Part shown: positions 1-13,100 of the stretch, one piece after another | Position numbering within the stretch: the stretch's first letter is position 1 | Layout: every line of letters begins with the position of its first letter | Origin: Balanoglossus misakiensis | Taxonomy: Eukaryota; Animalia; Hemichordata | Length of the DNA: 64,000 nucleotides | NCBI GenBank assembly: GCA_040954595.2 | Contig: CM082583.2 | Span: forward strand, 13,421,864-13,485,863 | Reading direction: 5' to 3' | Notes under the pieces: generated by a model | Seen by the model: the letters and a program-made list of their open reading frames with translations, nothing else | Told to the model about the DNA's origin: nothing | Databases searched by the model: none | Translations under genes and position numbers: made by a program

Positions 1-3000
1 ACAACTGCAACCAATACAAGCATAATTTCCTGCTTTTTCTAGCTGCTCCTTCTTCTGTTTATCAAATTTTGTCAGAAGACGATGTTCACTTTCTTTATGA
101 CGGCAGTTTTGGCAGGATGGAGTTGAAAATGTTGATTTAAACAGTGCCTGTGGTCGTACATAGTTATCACATTCACATCGTGGATATTGACAGGGGGTGC
201 CATGTTTTAATCCTTTCTTTCGAATCTGATAAAGTAAACACGTAGATATAATAATGTTATTACCATAAAAACGAATGCGGCTGTTCAACAATCAAAATGT
301 AAACTTGTCAAAAAACATCTAAAGAGACCATGCACTTTAACTTCTATACATGATTTGCATATACTTTACCTTATTCACTTGGACTTCAGTTAGGGTATCT
401 GTAAAAACACAAAAGTACATAAATAGACAACAAAATAATTCCCAGAATTCATCTTTATTGCACAAGGTCTGGCTTGACTGCATTTCCTTTGTCTTTATGA
501 CAGTCATGTGAAAGGAAGTGGATCAGCTCCCTCTTGAGACAATAATGGATGCTGAGACAACTTCATTAGTTGCTCTGTATGTAACAACCTCATCTCAAAA
601 GTCACAATGCATCAATCAAATTCCAGAAATCTGCATCTAGTTCATTCAGTGGTTGAGCCAACGACCCGTGCGGCGAACGATGTCCAAACCCAAGATCACC
701 AAAATGCACCACATACACCAGACCCATCATCAGCCCATACATCCTTTGTGCACCAATCAAATCTTAAACTAAACACCATGCAATGATCAAATCCCAAGCC
801 ATCCTACATGTACCATATAACCATGGCAACAAACCAATGCAAAAATAAAGTTATAAAACTCAAAACCAGGGAAACCTAAAGAATGATCAAACACGAGATT
901 CCTGTAAAAGGACAACCATGAAAACATCTCACTAACAGTGGAATACTTCAAGATTCATCTCTATACTCACCATAATTACTGTGTCTTGATCAGCAACAAA
1001 GAAGTAAATAATTAAAGGTTAAAATCATACAAGTCAAGCTTGTTAGTAAATGTGTACATCAAAATTCATGCGCATAAAAAAGTAACAAAATTGTTTACAG
1101 GTATGTACGGTAGTAGCAATATCATGAAGACAATGGGCAGAATAAGTGCAGACAAGACATGCAGGAACACTATTATTAATCACGTGCAAAGTGTTTCACC
1201 AAAAACAGCAACCAATGGCAAAATATTTGCTATGGGTATTGCAATGGAAAAACATTACAGATGGTGGAAACAGACATGCACAACTAATTCTTATCGCTTA
1301 TAGCGTGCCTTCTTGACCATCCTTAAGAAAAAAAAATCCCTCATGAGTTCACACAGAGCCTCACTATGGCCACATATAAGTAATATAATGAACGAGCTGT
1401 TGTTAGGATAGAGCTTGGTTTCAATAGCATGTTTGTATCAGCTGAAACCACCAGACTCCTGTTTATCAGTTTTTGATAGATGTCATGACAAAGAACAGCT
1501 AAGTTAAACCAGGCCATTTTTAGAAATCTGTATATTTATCTTGCAGGTCGTATCACAAAATGATGAAATGACTGCCCCCACAGGCCAAATACCACCCAGC
1601 TTCATTCCAGACCTTTCCGACCGCATCTTAACCCTTGACCTCCATGAAGCCTCTCAGACAATGTTTAACAAAGGTAAGAAATTCTCAATGTATAACAGGT
1701 AGTCTAATTGATACAATTGTCATTTCATGGGTTGGAATAGTTTTTCGCACTGTTGCGATGTCCCAATGTCCAAAGCAGCAACAAGACATTTTAGAAACTT
1801 TAGACTGGAACAGAGAACAAATTAGTACACTGTCTACTAACATTTAGAAACTGCACTCCAAATATTTACAAATATTGTACAACTTAGTTATAAATAGTAT
1901 GTACAAGATTGGTAAACATTATTCAAAGTGACATAACCTGACAATTTTAAAATAAATGGCACTTGGAAGTTTTGGATTCATGACACAAATAACAAGAGAA
2001 GTTTCAACTTACTCTGCACAGCTTTATTTCGTTCAGTCTATACATCACATTGCTACATAAAACCAATACAAAACTATGAAAAATGACTCTAAGAAACATT
2101 TTTAACATACAATATACCAATTTACAATAAAAAGAAAGTTTATATTCAACAATATAGAAGTTTTCTGTGTAGAATAAAATATATTGATATTCTGGCTGGA
2201 AGGATTTCCTAAGACATCTACAATTTCTGAGCAAGCACATACAAAAAAGGAAGCACATATTAATGAACATGATTTGCAGTAAATATTTCCAAAAAAAAAA
2301 CCACTGGCCCATGTGACCACACACATAATGGTACAAAAATAGGATTGCAATTTGCATGGGCAAACATGAAGAAGCAGAATTGGCCTGGTTTCAACTCTAG
2401 AGGGCAGAATTCTATTTCATATTGTAAAACCAACTGCTTCTAGTTGTGCTAAATATGCCAAAAAAGACATTTTAATTGTGCTCTTTATTCCCTTTAATTC
2501 TAAGCCATGAGGAACAGTTTAGTTTTCAGACATGAAAAATTACAATATTCCAGAGAATTGCAAATTTATTTTCCTCAGTGCACTGACATCACAATGGTGT
2601 CGCCTCCTTCTTCAGTCGACTAAAACTGACATGTTTATCACATTGGCTACCCAATGATTTATACTAACAATCTGTGATCACGAACTTCTACTGACTGAGA
2701 TTAATTTGCCGACTATCTAAGTATCAAGGAGTTGGTTGTGCGTGAGATCAAATCTAGCCCATAACAGAGTTTTATTTCATATTGTGAAATCAAATGCTTG
2801 TACGCCCAGAGACTTCCTAAATGACATTTCCCTGCTAATAACGCAGTCTATTGATGATTTCGTCAACAAACTTTGGCAGCACCCAAATGAGACAAGACTG
2901 GCTAACCTTCCAAGACAACAATGTTCACAATCTTTATATTGAGGTCATAAAGTTTACGAATGTACCATTTAATCACGTATTTCCACATGACTTGAGGAGT

Positions 3001-6000
3001 CAATTTATGAAGTGTTAGGATGTGCAGAAAGTGATTGTTACTGGTTGGAAGAAAGAGATAAACCATCCATCTATCAGGATTACCAATTAAGACTCTGAAA
3101 AGAAGTCATTTCTGCTGGAATCTTGGAAGGTCGGCAGCAAGGCCATGTTGGGTCGTAAAACACCAGATTTTCTTTCTGCTCCCAAAGGATTGACATAGAG
3201 ATGGACCTCTATTATAAATGCAACATTTTGAACTTCACTCACAAATAAATGTTGTCTGTTGCATGATCAAATAAAATATTTAAAATAGATCTTACAGATG
3301 ACACAAACACATGAAAATAAATTTGAGCCCCATCCATATTATCAAAGCAAAGTTTCTGATTAAAAGTTAATACCATTTGTATCAACATTTCTACTGATTA
3401 AGTTAATTGTATACTAAGGCAAGAGCCAGCTGATTTACGTAGAAATATAAATCTACTTCTGAGCTATTGCAGAAAATATGGATTTTTTTTCAGTAAATAT
3501 CGGTGGGAATGCTTTGTCAATGTAAAAAGTGTATGGCTAAGCTGACAATAAGACCTGTTCTCTATCACTGAATTTCACAGTCTACCAAATGTTGCGTGAT
3601 GGCAAAAGTACACAATTATTTCACAGTATAACAGTAACAGTTTAAAACATAAAGCAAATTTGAAGGAACTTGTGCACCATTTCAGAATGTTACCAAGTAT
3701 CATTTATTTTTCAAAGAATGTGTGAAAAATGAAATGAGCATGTACATAAGTAATTTTCTGGAATACTTGTGTAGCCAAACATATTAGACACAATGGCCAG
3801 CTTTTTGGAAAACTGATTGCTTCCATATTTGGAAAAATGCAACAACTTTACTAAAATGTTACAATATATTGGCTTCCCTTGAAGGGTACTGACACAAAAC
3901 TGAACACACAATTAAAGAAGACACGCATTTCTCTTAAAATTCTGATGTTAAACATCACTATAATATCAACAATAAAAATGTTGTGCCTTGGCACTGGTTG
4001 GTCCATTTTGGTCACATGACTGGTCATTAGCTAGCTAAACTACCGTTAATAATAAAAGACCAGAGCAGACAGCCAATCACATTGGTGGCAACACTGATAA
4101 TTTTGGTCACACAAAACAACTTTTATTTGATAAGTACTTGGTTGCATAATTTCACTCAAAACAATTTGAGGGGTAGTTTATAACACTGCCACAGACTGGC
4201 CACATTATTAATAACATTTTATAATTTCACTTCAACATCAATCACACAAGACTGATTTGAATGAATATATTTTCTGAGACATGTATGCATATTAAGTTAC
4301 AAATTAAATGCTTTGAACAGGGTCAGTGTCCCTTGTTCCTATCAAGATATACTTATAAAGATTTAATTATGCACATATTTCCCAGAGTGCTCAGAAAATT
4401 CATGAGCGGCCTAAGTTGATAAAATGTCAATTACAATGATTAGTTTAGGCTGGTGCTTTTAGGAGACATTTATAAAGTCTTAAAACAGACTTTGTTGAGA
4501 AAAACAAACGGTGGGATGTTCTGGTGTTCATATTACAGTACTAGTCTTACTAGTGTCTCATACTTTGTGAGATTGCAATGGGTGACCTTGACCATGAATC
4601 CATATTTTACTAACATGATTGAAAAATTGAGGTGGGTTAAAGGAAGCCATAATCTCTGATGACTCCAGAATGATACTGCAAATTTCTCTCAATCAGATTC
4701 ATTATATGAAAGTATACAGATTATCAGAAATGAAATGAAACTTAAAAAGATGACTTCACTATCGAAATGCCCACATTTCATGATCTATTTTGAGTGTGTG
4801 ATAACATCTTATATTGCACCAGTATTAAATCCAAAAACAGATATAGACCAAGAATAATCCCAGAAAGACCCTACCCCCACACAGAATATTCCTGGTTGCT
4901 GGCATCCCTATGCGTGTGTATTACTTCACAATTTGTATCTGCAGTCGATGCATGCATAAACATTTTGATGCAGTAGATAAGAGTCCTTTAGAAAAAGTCG
5001 TGTTCTTTCTCTCACACACACTCCTGAACTGATAACCTTTGCAACATTGCTAAGTAGACCAACTCATTGACTTTGCTCTCCACTATCTTGATTGCAGTTT
5101 TTCCTTTTTTTTAAAGAGCAGTCTTTAAGTTCCATTTGGGTTCTCTTGAGTCTCTCTCCTCTATAATTGTTTACATCAAATTTTGACTTATCAAAGTCCC
5201 CTGATCACGGAGCTATTCCCAAGTCAAATCACCATTCACCACAGCAGTGCAGCCAAAATGTTTTTCATCAGGAGTTATGTCAACATAATTATTGTTTGTT
5301 TTTTTTGCATTTCAACACAATCTTTGCACAAGTGTTTAGTACTAGATAATCTCTGTGAAATTCTTGTCACTTAATTAATGTCAAACTTGAGAATTTTTTT
5401 GAATCCTTATTCTCATAAATAACTTGAACTCTAGTGTCATAACTTGACACATTTTCACAGAAAGAGATGGTCAAGAAAGTACTGTACCAGGAATTAGTCA
5501 GTCCAATTATGTGGAGAGGCACATTGCCATGGCCAACCAAAATAGACAATCCAATCTTTTATTAGGGATGGTATTCTGAGTTCCAGATTATTTTTAAATT
5601 CCCCGTTTCAATCAAATCAGTATTAATATTCCAGAAATGCCGTTGATGTTAGAATTGGATGACTTCCTAGGTCTTAATTGCTGTCTAAATTTGAGAAATT
5701 ATTCAGCATAACCTGTGAGGGGTCAAATGGGGTCAAACTGCTGTAACTTGGCCTCATCCGTGAGGTGGGTGAGTTGAAAACACAATTAGAGCCGAACTAT
5801 TCTAGAATTTGATGCCAGTAGAGTTCATTCTCTATCAGAATAGCTTTAAGTAATGCATGGTGGGATATCTGGCCTAAGTTTATCGCTGTTTACAATGTCT
5901 ACATAATAACTCAAAATTTAGCATCAAATAATAGTGTGGTTTTTTCCCACCAGTAATCTTCATGTAGCTTTTGTCTTTCAAAATAAATAGATGAAATGGA

Positions 6001-7189
6001 CACACATCCACTTCTTTTGAAGTACTTTACCTTTTCATAAAAATATTAAGAGTATCATTCTAAAATTAAATTTTGGCACATGCAAATATAATTTAAAAAA
6101 TATAAGATATTCCAACTACTATCAGAATTTACTTAAATATTTAAGTACTTCCACTATAGATAAAATTAAGTTTTGACATGTCATAGACTAAAAGTTTCAC
6201 TTTTTTATGGAAAAGACTTAATATTTGAATGGTACTATACACAAATTTGTAATGTTTGGAAGATTAAAACCCCCAATAATATGACAACCTGACTTGGCAT
6301 ATTCTGGATCTGCCAAAATTGATTTGAAAAACTTAAAACTGAGTACAAATTTTGTAAGCACTATAAACATAGATTAAACTTTGTACAGTTTGACTGTAAA
6401 CGCAAGTTGCATTTGGAACGGTGGGTTGTTGCTGCTTAACGCTTACACAAATCTCATAAATTTATAAAACTACATTTAGTTATGCAAATTTCTTGTGAGT
6501 AGAACTTTATAGAAATCTATATATAAAGTACAGCAATATTTAAAACAGAAAGACTGTTTAGTCACCATAAGATGCTATGGTACACAAACACTCAGTTAAG
6601 AATTTGGTCACATAACACAGACTATCCTGCATTCACTAGTTTGACAATATTGTCAAACATTTCAACAGAAACATTCACATTGTAGTTTGACACAAATTGG
6701 TTTATCAATTTTACAACAACAGGAATGACATATTTCCTTTCCAGGGTGTCATTGTAGTTACGAACACTGGATTGTCCAGCCTCTACTCTGACATACATGT
6801 TATGCGAATAAGCGTGGAGTTGGCAGAGTTGTAATGACTGGCAATTCAGTATTGTTCACATTACAGAATTACACATACAACTTACCCAATGTAAATAAAA
6901 ATTTACAGTTAAAAACGGTGTTATCTCTGACCGCAACAATTTTGTTGTTGATAAAGATGCCATCTGAATTACAAGGAAACAAAACTTTTCCAGTTTCTCC
7001 CTATTGAAAATGAAAGAATATATTTTGGAAAAGCAATTCATTTTGATTTAGATTCAGTAAAATAATTTTCATTTGTTTCATTGCTTCACCAACCAATCTA
7101 ACTTTGTGTCTAACCTTTTGAGTTCCATTTACCAATGAGGTGCATATGGCAGTGATAGGTTATTGAGGGGAAAAAATCTGCTATGAACT

Positions 7190-10156
7190 TTATTCTGCAA
7201 TGAGATGTTTATGAAGTGCACTGTTCTTACTGTGTTGAATGCAACTATGTAGGGAAGAAAACATCATAAGGCAGCCTGGAATTTTGCAGCCGTGCATTAC
7301 ATCTATGTGTTTGTTCCGGTAATGTTCTTGCAGTTTGGGTTCACTGTGGCACGAAGCTTTGCACACATCGCAATATATACCCAGCTGATTGGTTGTTGGG
7401 GATTCCTGGTCTGTTGCCGTGGTTTCTGGACACGAACTGTTGGAAGACCTGCTATTTACGAGCGCAGCTCTCAACTGGGATGGGTACACTTCAAACGCTA
7501 CATCGTTGTGTGATCTGTTCTCCTTGGCAGATAATTCCACATCTTTGTCTTTGTCATCATCGTCATCATCATCATCATCATCTAGTTGGTCTCTGTTTTT
7601 GTTTGTCAGATGTTGGTGGAATCCATTGCTATGTGGTGTTTCTCTGTTTGCCGTACCATTCTGCACACTACCATTTTCATAACTGAAAGAATGATGACTC
7701 TGAAAGCAGTGATCTTTTTGCACTTCACACCTGCCCTGCTGTGAATGTTCAGATTTGATTTGTAATTCATCATCGTGGTGTGGATGACTAGAAGTGTTGT
7801 CGTTGCAGTCAGCTGCTAACAAACCATTCCTCACAATTTTGTTACCATGGATACCATTGCCAAGGATACCATTGCTGCCTACAAGATCTTGTACTCTATA
7901 AACTTGATGCATGAAGTGTTCTTGAAATTGCTGATGGAAAGCTTGGTCCTGGAAATATGAGGCGGCACTGGGATCTTTGGCCAGCAGTTTGCGGTGCAGA
8001 TTGATGTTGGAACTGTGTCTGTCACGACTTCGCTTTGATGGAAATGAAGCATTGCATCCCGACACAGTGCAGGAGTGCATAATTTTCAGGTGGACATTCT
8101 GATAGTGTGTCTTCACACCGTGTGTACTTTGAAAAGGTTTGGCACAATCAACACAGTAAGGTATACCCTCTTTCACAATGTATGTCTCACTGGAATTCAT
8201 GTAGCCATCACTTGTCATCAAGATGCCTGGGGAACTTGATAGAGATGGTGAGCTGCTCTTGTTACTCTCTGCATCAGCGGAGACTTGAGGAATAGACATG
8301 GCACTAAGCTGATTGATGTCTTTCATGCTGTCACAGTGAATGCTTTCAAGACTTGGGTGAACCTGGCTGCCTCCGCCTTCTTTGGCAAAGTACGGTGGGT
8401 AGAATCCCTGCTCCATCATTTGCATAGCCATGAGTTTTGCAAAACTGATTCTGCTATCTGATTGGCTGGTCATATCTTGCTGTGTGGTTGTAGCAGGTGC
8501 ATTGGCAGAATTATCCGCAGTGTCTTTCTCCGTGCCTATGTTCACATCATTCAGTGTCGGCTCCTCTTCTTGCATTTTCTCTTCCCCGCCGCTCTCACTG
8601 TCTCCACTCTCTGTAGAATCCATATTTTCACATCCATCTTCCTTTTTTGAATCATCCTTGCAAAGGGTGTCTACCTGCTGAGGTGGTTCAGAATCTCTTT
8701 TGACCATGTCCTTGGTTTGCTCTTCATCTTCTGTCTCTGGGTCACTGTCACTCGTCATTTCTTCTTTGAAGTTGCCATCACTGGCAGCCAGACATCTTGT
8801 TGGAGTGTTACTCTTTCTCTTCCTCACCCCCTGGCTAAATCGCAATTCATTCTCCTCACAGTAATTTCTTGAATCCATATCATCATCAGAGTCTAATTTC
8901 TGTGACAATTTTACTGGTTTGAGACATTTACGTGGATTCTTCTTCAATGAATAATGAAAATCTGCCCTTTCTTCTTCCTCAGAGATATCATTCTGATTAG
9001 AAGAGTTACTGTCACTGTCTGTCGGAGCAACAACAGTCACTCCATTGATTTCTTTTGGCAGTTGTGATTCGCTATGACACTGACTTGGTGGGCACCGTAA
9101 ATCAAGGAGTGAATCTGGGCTGTGAAGCGTCGGTGGCATCAAAGTTGGACTTCCAAGACTGGCCTCATGGATGTTGATTAGCGGTGGGCTGAGGAATCTT
9201 TCATTTAAACTTCCCAAAACTGAATTGGAAGCAGCAGAATTTGCACTCAGGAAGCTGTCAGCTCGAGCAGCTGTATCTGATATTTGTACTCTCTGTTTGG
9301 GTATTGCCGAGTGAATTTTAGGATTTGGATTTGAGCTGTGCCTATTTCGGCTTCGAAGGGAACTGAATAACATATTGCAACCTTCAATGGTGCATTTGTA
9401 TTTCTGTTTGAGGTGGACTGAACTGTAGTGAATTTTCCAAGTCCCTTTATTGTAGAATGCCTTGTTGCATAGATTACATGTCACTTGCTTGGGTCCTGAT
9501 GAGTTGATAGTGAATGGAATCAGACATTTCCTTCTGGGCTGAGCGGACTTGCGAAGGTGCTTTAGTTTCATGGCCAGATATGATGATGAAGGGTGACTAG
9601 TACTGGACCGTTCCATTGATGACAACACATACCTCTTCGGCATTTCTTCAGGAATTGGCGATGACGGCATTGGTGTGGATACTGTTGGAGTGGACTTTGT
9701 GGTGGGACTACACTGAGGCAGAATGGCTGGTTCACTTCTTGGTAATGGAGACATCGCCATATCACTTTTAGGAGAAGCTCTTGGTGGTGGTGAGCACGTA
9801 GTACTGTTAGTACTAGTGCTAGTGGGTGGTTTTGTATCTGTGCTTTTGATATCTGTTTGTGTTGATGTATACGCAGGGTACGTCTGCGGCTGAGAAGAAG
9901 ACGATGATGATGGCACGGGATGAGCATGGACACTCAGCTGTCGCATTGTATTCATTCGTTCAATAAACGCCCGGATATCAGATTCACTGTTTGGTGGTGG
10001 CTGTGGCTGTGCAATTTTACCTTCATTCTTGTCTTGTTGAATCATGACTTCAGTGATAGACTTTGTCTCTCCGAATCGCAAAAACTGTTGCAGGATTAGT
10101 GTCTCCTCATCTCTACAAGCGATGATCCACTCTTCCAAAACTTTACCATCAGGGGC
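7190..10156 (-). CDS. BNC2: BNC coding exon 4 (2967 nt, all six zinc fingers)
   Basis: Acceptor ttttgtcatttcag|GCC. Finger pairs lie at 9311-9478, 7994-8155 and 7211-7372; stop TAA at 7190-7192. Confidence 0.96.
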   Translation of the reverse strand, partial: APDGKVLEEWIIACRDEETLILQQFLRFGETKSITEVMIQQDKNEGKIAQPQPPPNSESDIRAFIERMNTMRQLSVHAHPVPSSSSSSQPQTYPAYTSTQTDIKSTDTKPPTSTSTNSTTCSPPPRASPKSDMAMSPLPRSEPAILPQCSPTTKSTPTVSTPMPSSPIPEEMPKRYVLSSMERSSTSHPSSSYLAMKLKHLRKSAQPRRKCLIPFTINSSGPKQVTCNLCNKAFYNKGTWKIHYSSVHLKQKYKCTIEGCNMLFSSLRSRNRHSSNPNPKIHSAIPKQRVQISDTAARADSFLSANSAASNSVLGSLNERFLSPPLINIHEASLGSPTLMPPTLHSPDSLLDLRCPPSQCHSESQLPKEINGVTVVAPTDSDSNSSNQNDISEEEERADFHYSLKKNPRKCLKPVKLSQKLDSDDDMDSRNYCEENELRFSQGVRKRKSNTPTRCLAASDGNFKEEMTSDSDPETEDEEQTKDMVKRDSEPPQQVDTLCKDDSKKEDGCENMDSTESGDSESGGEEKMQEEEPTLNDVNIGTEKDTADNSANAPATTTQQDMTSQSDSRISFAKLMAMQMMEQGFYPPYFAKEGGGSQVHPSLESIHCDSMKDINQLSAMSIPQVSADAESNKSSSPSLSSSPGILMTSDGYMNSSETYIVKEGIPYCVDCAKPFQSTHGVKTHYQNVHLKIMHSCTVSGCNASFPSKRSRDRHSSNINLHRKLLAKDPSAASYFQDQAFHQQFQEHFMHQVYRVQDLVGSNGILGNGIHGNKIVRNGLLAADCNDNTSSHPHHDDELQIKSEHSQQGRCEVQKDHCFQSHHSFSYENGSVQNGTANRETPHSNGFHQHLTNKNRDQLDDDDDDDDDDKDKDVELSAKENRSHNDVAFEVYPSQLRAALVNSRSSNSSCPETTATDQESPTTNQLGIYCDVCKASCHSEPKLQEHYRNKHIDVMHGCKIPGCLMMFSSLHSCIQHSKNSALHKHLIAE

Positions 10157-13100
10157 CTGAAATGACAAAAGTGAAAAAAAAAAATAACACCGTCAGTCTC
10201 TCTAGCATTATAGTCACATTGTTTCATAAGAATGTCTTTGTCAGTTACATGGATACCAATTCACTAATTGCATACTATTTGAAAACTGCACATATTTTAT
10301 CAAAGATAAGTAGTTAAAGGGACAGTAAAGCAGTTGCACTATATCAAAATCTTCAGCTGAACTGTATATCTGATAAAGAAAGTAAAACTAGAGTCTAGCT
10401 ACTCAGTGAACCACATAAAACTCATCCACTAAAACGCTTCCATTAGTAATGAGTTGACACCTAGAGTTACCATTACAACACCTTCATGTACACTTCACAG
10501 TTGAACACTTAAACTTCACAGATATTGTCATAAAGACAGCTGGTGTTTGAGAAACATTTCATTTTACCCGTGAGTAATGGCCATCAGACAAAAGTGACGG
10601 CCTTGCAGAGTCACTTTGAAACTTGAGAGGCTACAGCGCTTAACATAATGGGACTTTGTCACATTGGCAGCAGAAACTGTCACCTTTCTCTAAGCGTCAT
10701 GCACTGTTACCTTTGTACAGTTTAACTCAAACAATTCCTAAACACTGCAATACATCTTCTACATGACCAAATGCTAAACTCGATGCGAGAAATTTACCAC
10801 TTGGTTTGAAAACCATTTTGTTATTTGAATACTAAGCTTCAATCTTCCCTAACTATTGCTAACATTCCCAATTTAAAAAAAGAATTTCTTTCTTTCTACA
10901 TTTTTGATGCCCACACATAAATTCTTTGCCATCATCATCCATAAAACTGGGAATGAAGACAAAGTACTGTGAGATGTACAAAGAGCAGCTCATGGAATGC
11001 AGAAGTTGAACTCAGGGTTTTTTGAACGGGCCCTGGGGTCACTGATAAAATCAAATCCACTTTTGATGAGATATCATTGTTTTGAAATTGTAGAAACTTT
11101 GTATATTCATTCAGGGTAAAGCTGGCAGGAGATCACCATGTTTTCATACTTTGGTAGTTTGTGGTACAGAATTGTCAAGGATCTGGGGACTAATGTATTC
11201 AATATGTCAATGTACAGTCAACAGATAGATACATGGGTGAATCTGCTTAGATCGACTTCGCTGGTTACATTACTGAGTTCTGTGTTACAGCCAAAGGAGT
11301 ATAAGATGTGAACTTCATTCCATTTTGAAGGGTGTAACTGTAAAAACAGTTCCTCATTCGTAAATACAAAACAACAACGCAAACATTGTGCACTTTATAC
11401 AAATTTAAAATTTCTAAAATATTCTCCATTTGATCTCCCACTCAGCTTTCTCTCTCTTGCATTTTGACAAAAGAGACGGAATTATAGACTAGGGTTGATT
11501 TGCCCAATACACTTGAACCCCAGGCAAAGTCCACTGCAAGTGCTAAAATGAATTGAGGAATGGAAATGTTGGAATCTGAACTGAAGTAGCAACTATGTAA
11601 TGTATTGCTGAAATGTTACAGTTCACGATGGGCTTTAGGGATAAACCCATCGGCATAATCATTACTTTTGTTTTAGTGACATCTAAATCTAGTTTTTGCC
11701 AAGACGAATCCCAGGGGTTTCTCTGAGTTTTTCAGACCTGTAATTGGTAAATACAGGGGATTTCTGAGTGATGTGATTACAAACCGTAAATGAACAAAGG
11801 GATTAGACTCGCAGATCTGAGGGAAACCCTCAAGACATGGTCAAACCTCTCTTCATTCTACTCACACAGCAAATTTCTCCAAGAAACGCTATCTTTCATT
11901 GCCTCTTATGAAGCTAAACGCTAATAGGTTTCTACTTGGAGGTGCTCTGAACAGCTTCACACAAGACAAATTTCCCATGAGCTGTAGAGCTCCAATTACC
12001 GACTGAAGCACACTTACTGAGATTGTAAATCTGCATCAACAAGCAGGTGCTGAAATATTGCTATAAATGTTAGGTTAGCAAATGAGTACATTGATTTTAG
12101 GTGTATGTTGCTTTAATAAAAGCCATGGGGGAAGTTGCCAAATTCCCATGGCCAGTAAATAACGCTAGGTAACCTTTCCTGAGATTTCACAGGAAAAGTC
12201 ATGGACAACAGTGGATACTAACTATGAAGGGTAACACGGGTCAAGTTATTTTCATCTCTGTGGGTGACATGCACTGAAACAATGTGGTAAATTCTATGGT
12301 GTTACATGGTTTAATACTCTGGTTCTGCCTGAAGTTGAAGACTCAATACACAGAGGGGACCCTTTTGAGATCAGTTTGACAGAGCCTGAGGTGGCTGTAT
12401 GTCCTTGTTGGTCTACAACATTTAATTATAATTTTATGTTAAACACATTCTTAGATGTCAGTCAATGTTGGGTGATCAGACATGTTGCTTTTGTGCCATT
12501 TGGAAAGGGTGTGACAGATGGCATATGGATGTGGTAAAGGAGGAGAGAAGTTGATCATCTCTGCGGTTTATACAAGACTACATTTGTGGTTGTCTTGTTT
12601 AGATTTGACGGAAGGTGTGGAATTGGGGCCGGCAAGATTGCCTCTGGTAGTTTCGTCACGGTTCCTTGGAAACACTGAGATGATGAAACAATGCATTTCA
12701 CTTTTATACACATGTACGTTTCTGATGTAGTTGTGTCTATTCTGCAAATTGCAACTGGTTTAACAGTTGGGACAAAATATACATGTGAGCTACATGTACA
12801 TGTAACTTTATCAGAGAGGGTAAATTTATGAACAGAGGGAACAGTTAGACAGGAAGAGGTCTAAAACTCTTCATTTCATGCAGTAGTAATGCAACACAAA
12901 TAAAATATACTATTCCAGTGTTGCTTACGTGATTTCCTGAGTTATTTCTGTATTTCCTGTTTGGTCAATGGCATCTACCAAAAACCAGACAGTCCATACT
13001 GGGTGGTATACCTCATATAGTTTAACAAAATTCCATAACAGAGAAAAGACTTACCTGTAAAACATATCCCCTGGCATAATCTTCATACATCCAGCCTAAT

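Noticed and set aside
5720-5735. Nuclear-receptor DR4-like element GGGTCA-AATG-GGGTCA
   Set aside because: A single short motif in the presumed 3' UTR with no supporting evidence; may derive from a repeat.
7292-9933. Short ORFs overlapping BNC exon 4 on the opposite strand or other frames
   Set aside because: Shadow ORFs of a GC-richer coding exon with no recognisable domains.
10157-10168. ORF-track start 'MSFQ' of the 992-aa ORF
   Set aside because: This is a TTG in the intron's polypyrimidine tract; the real exon starts at the AG acceptor (10156).
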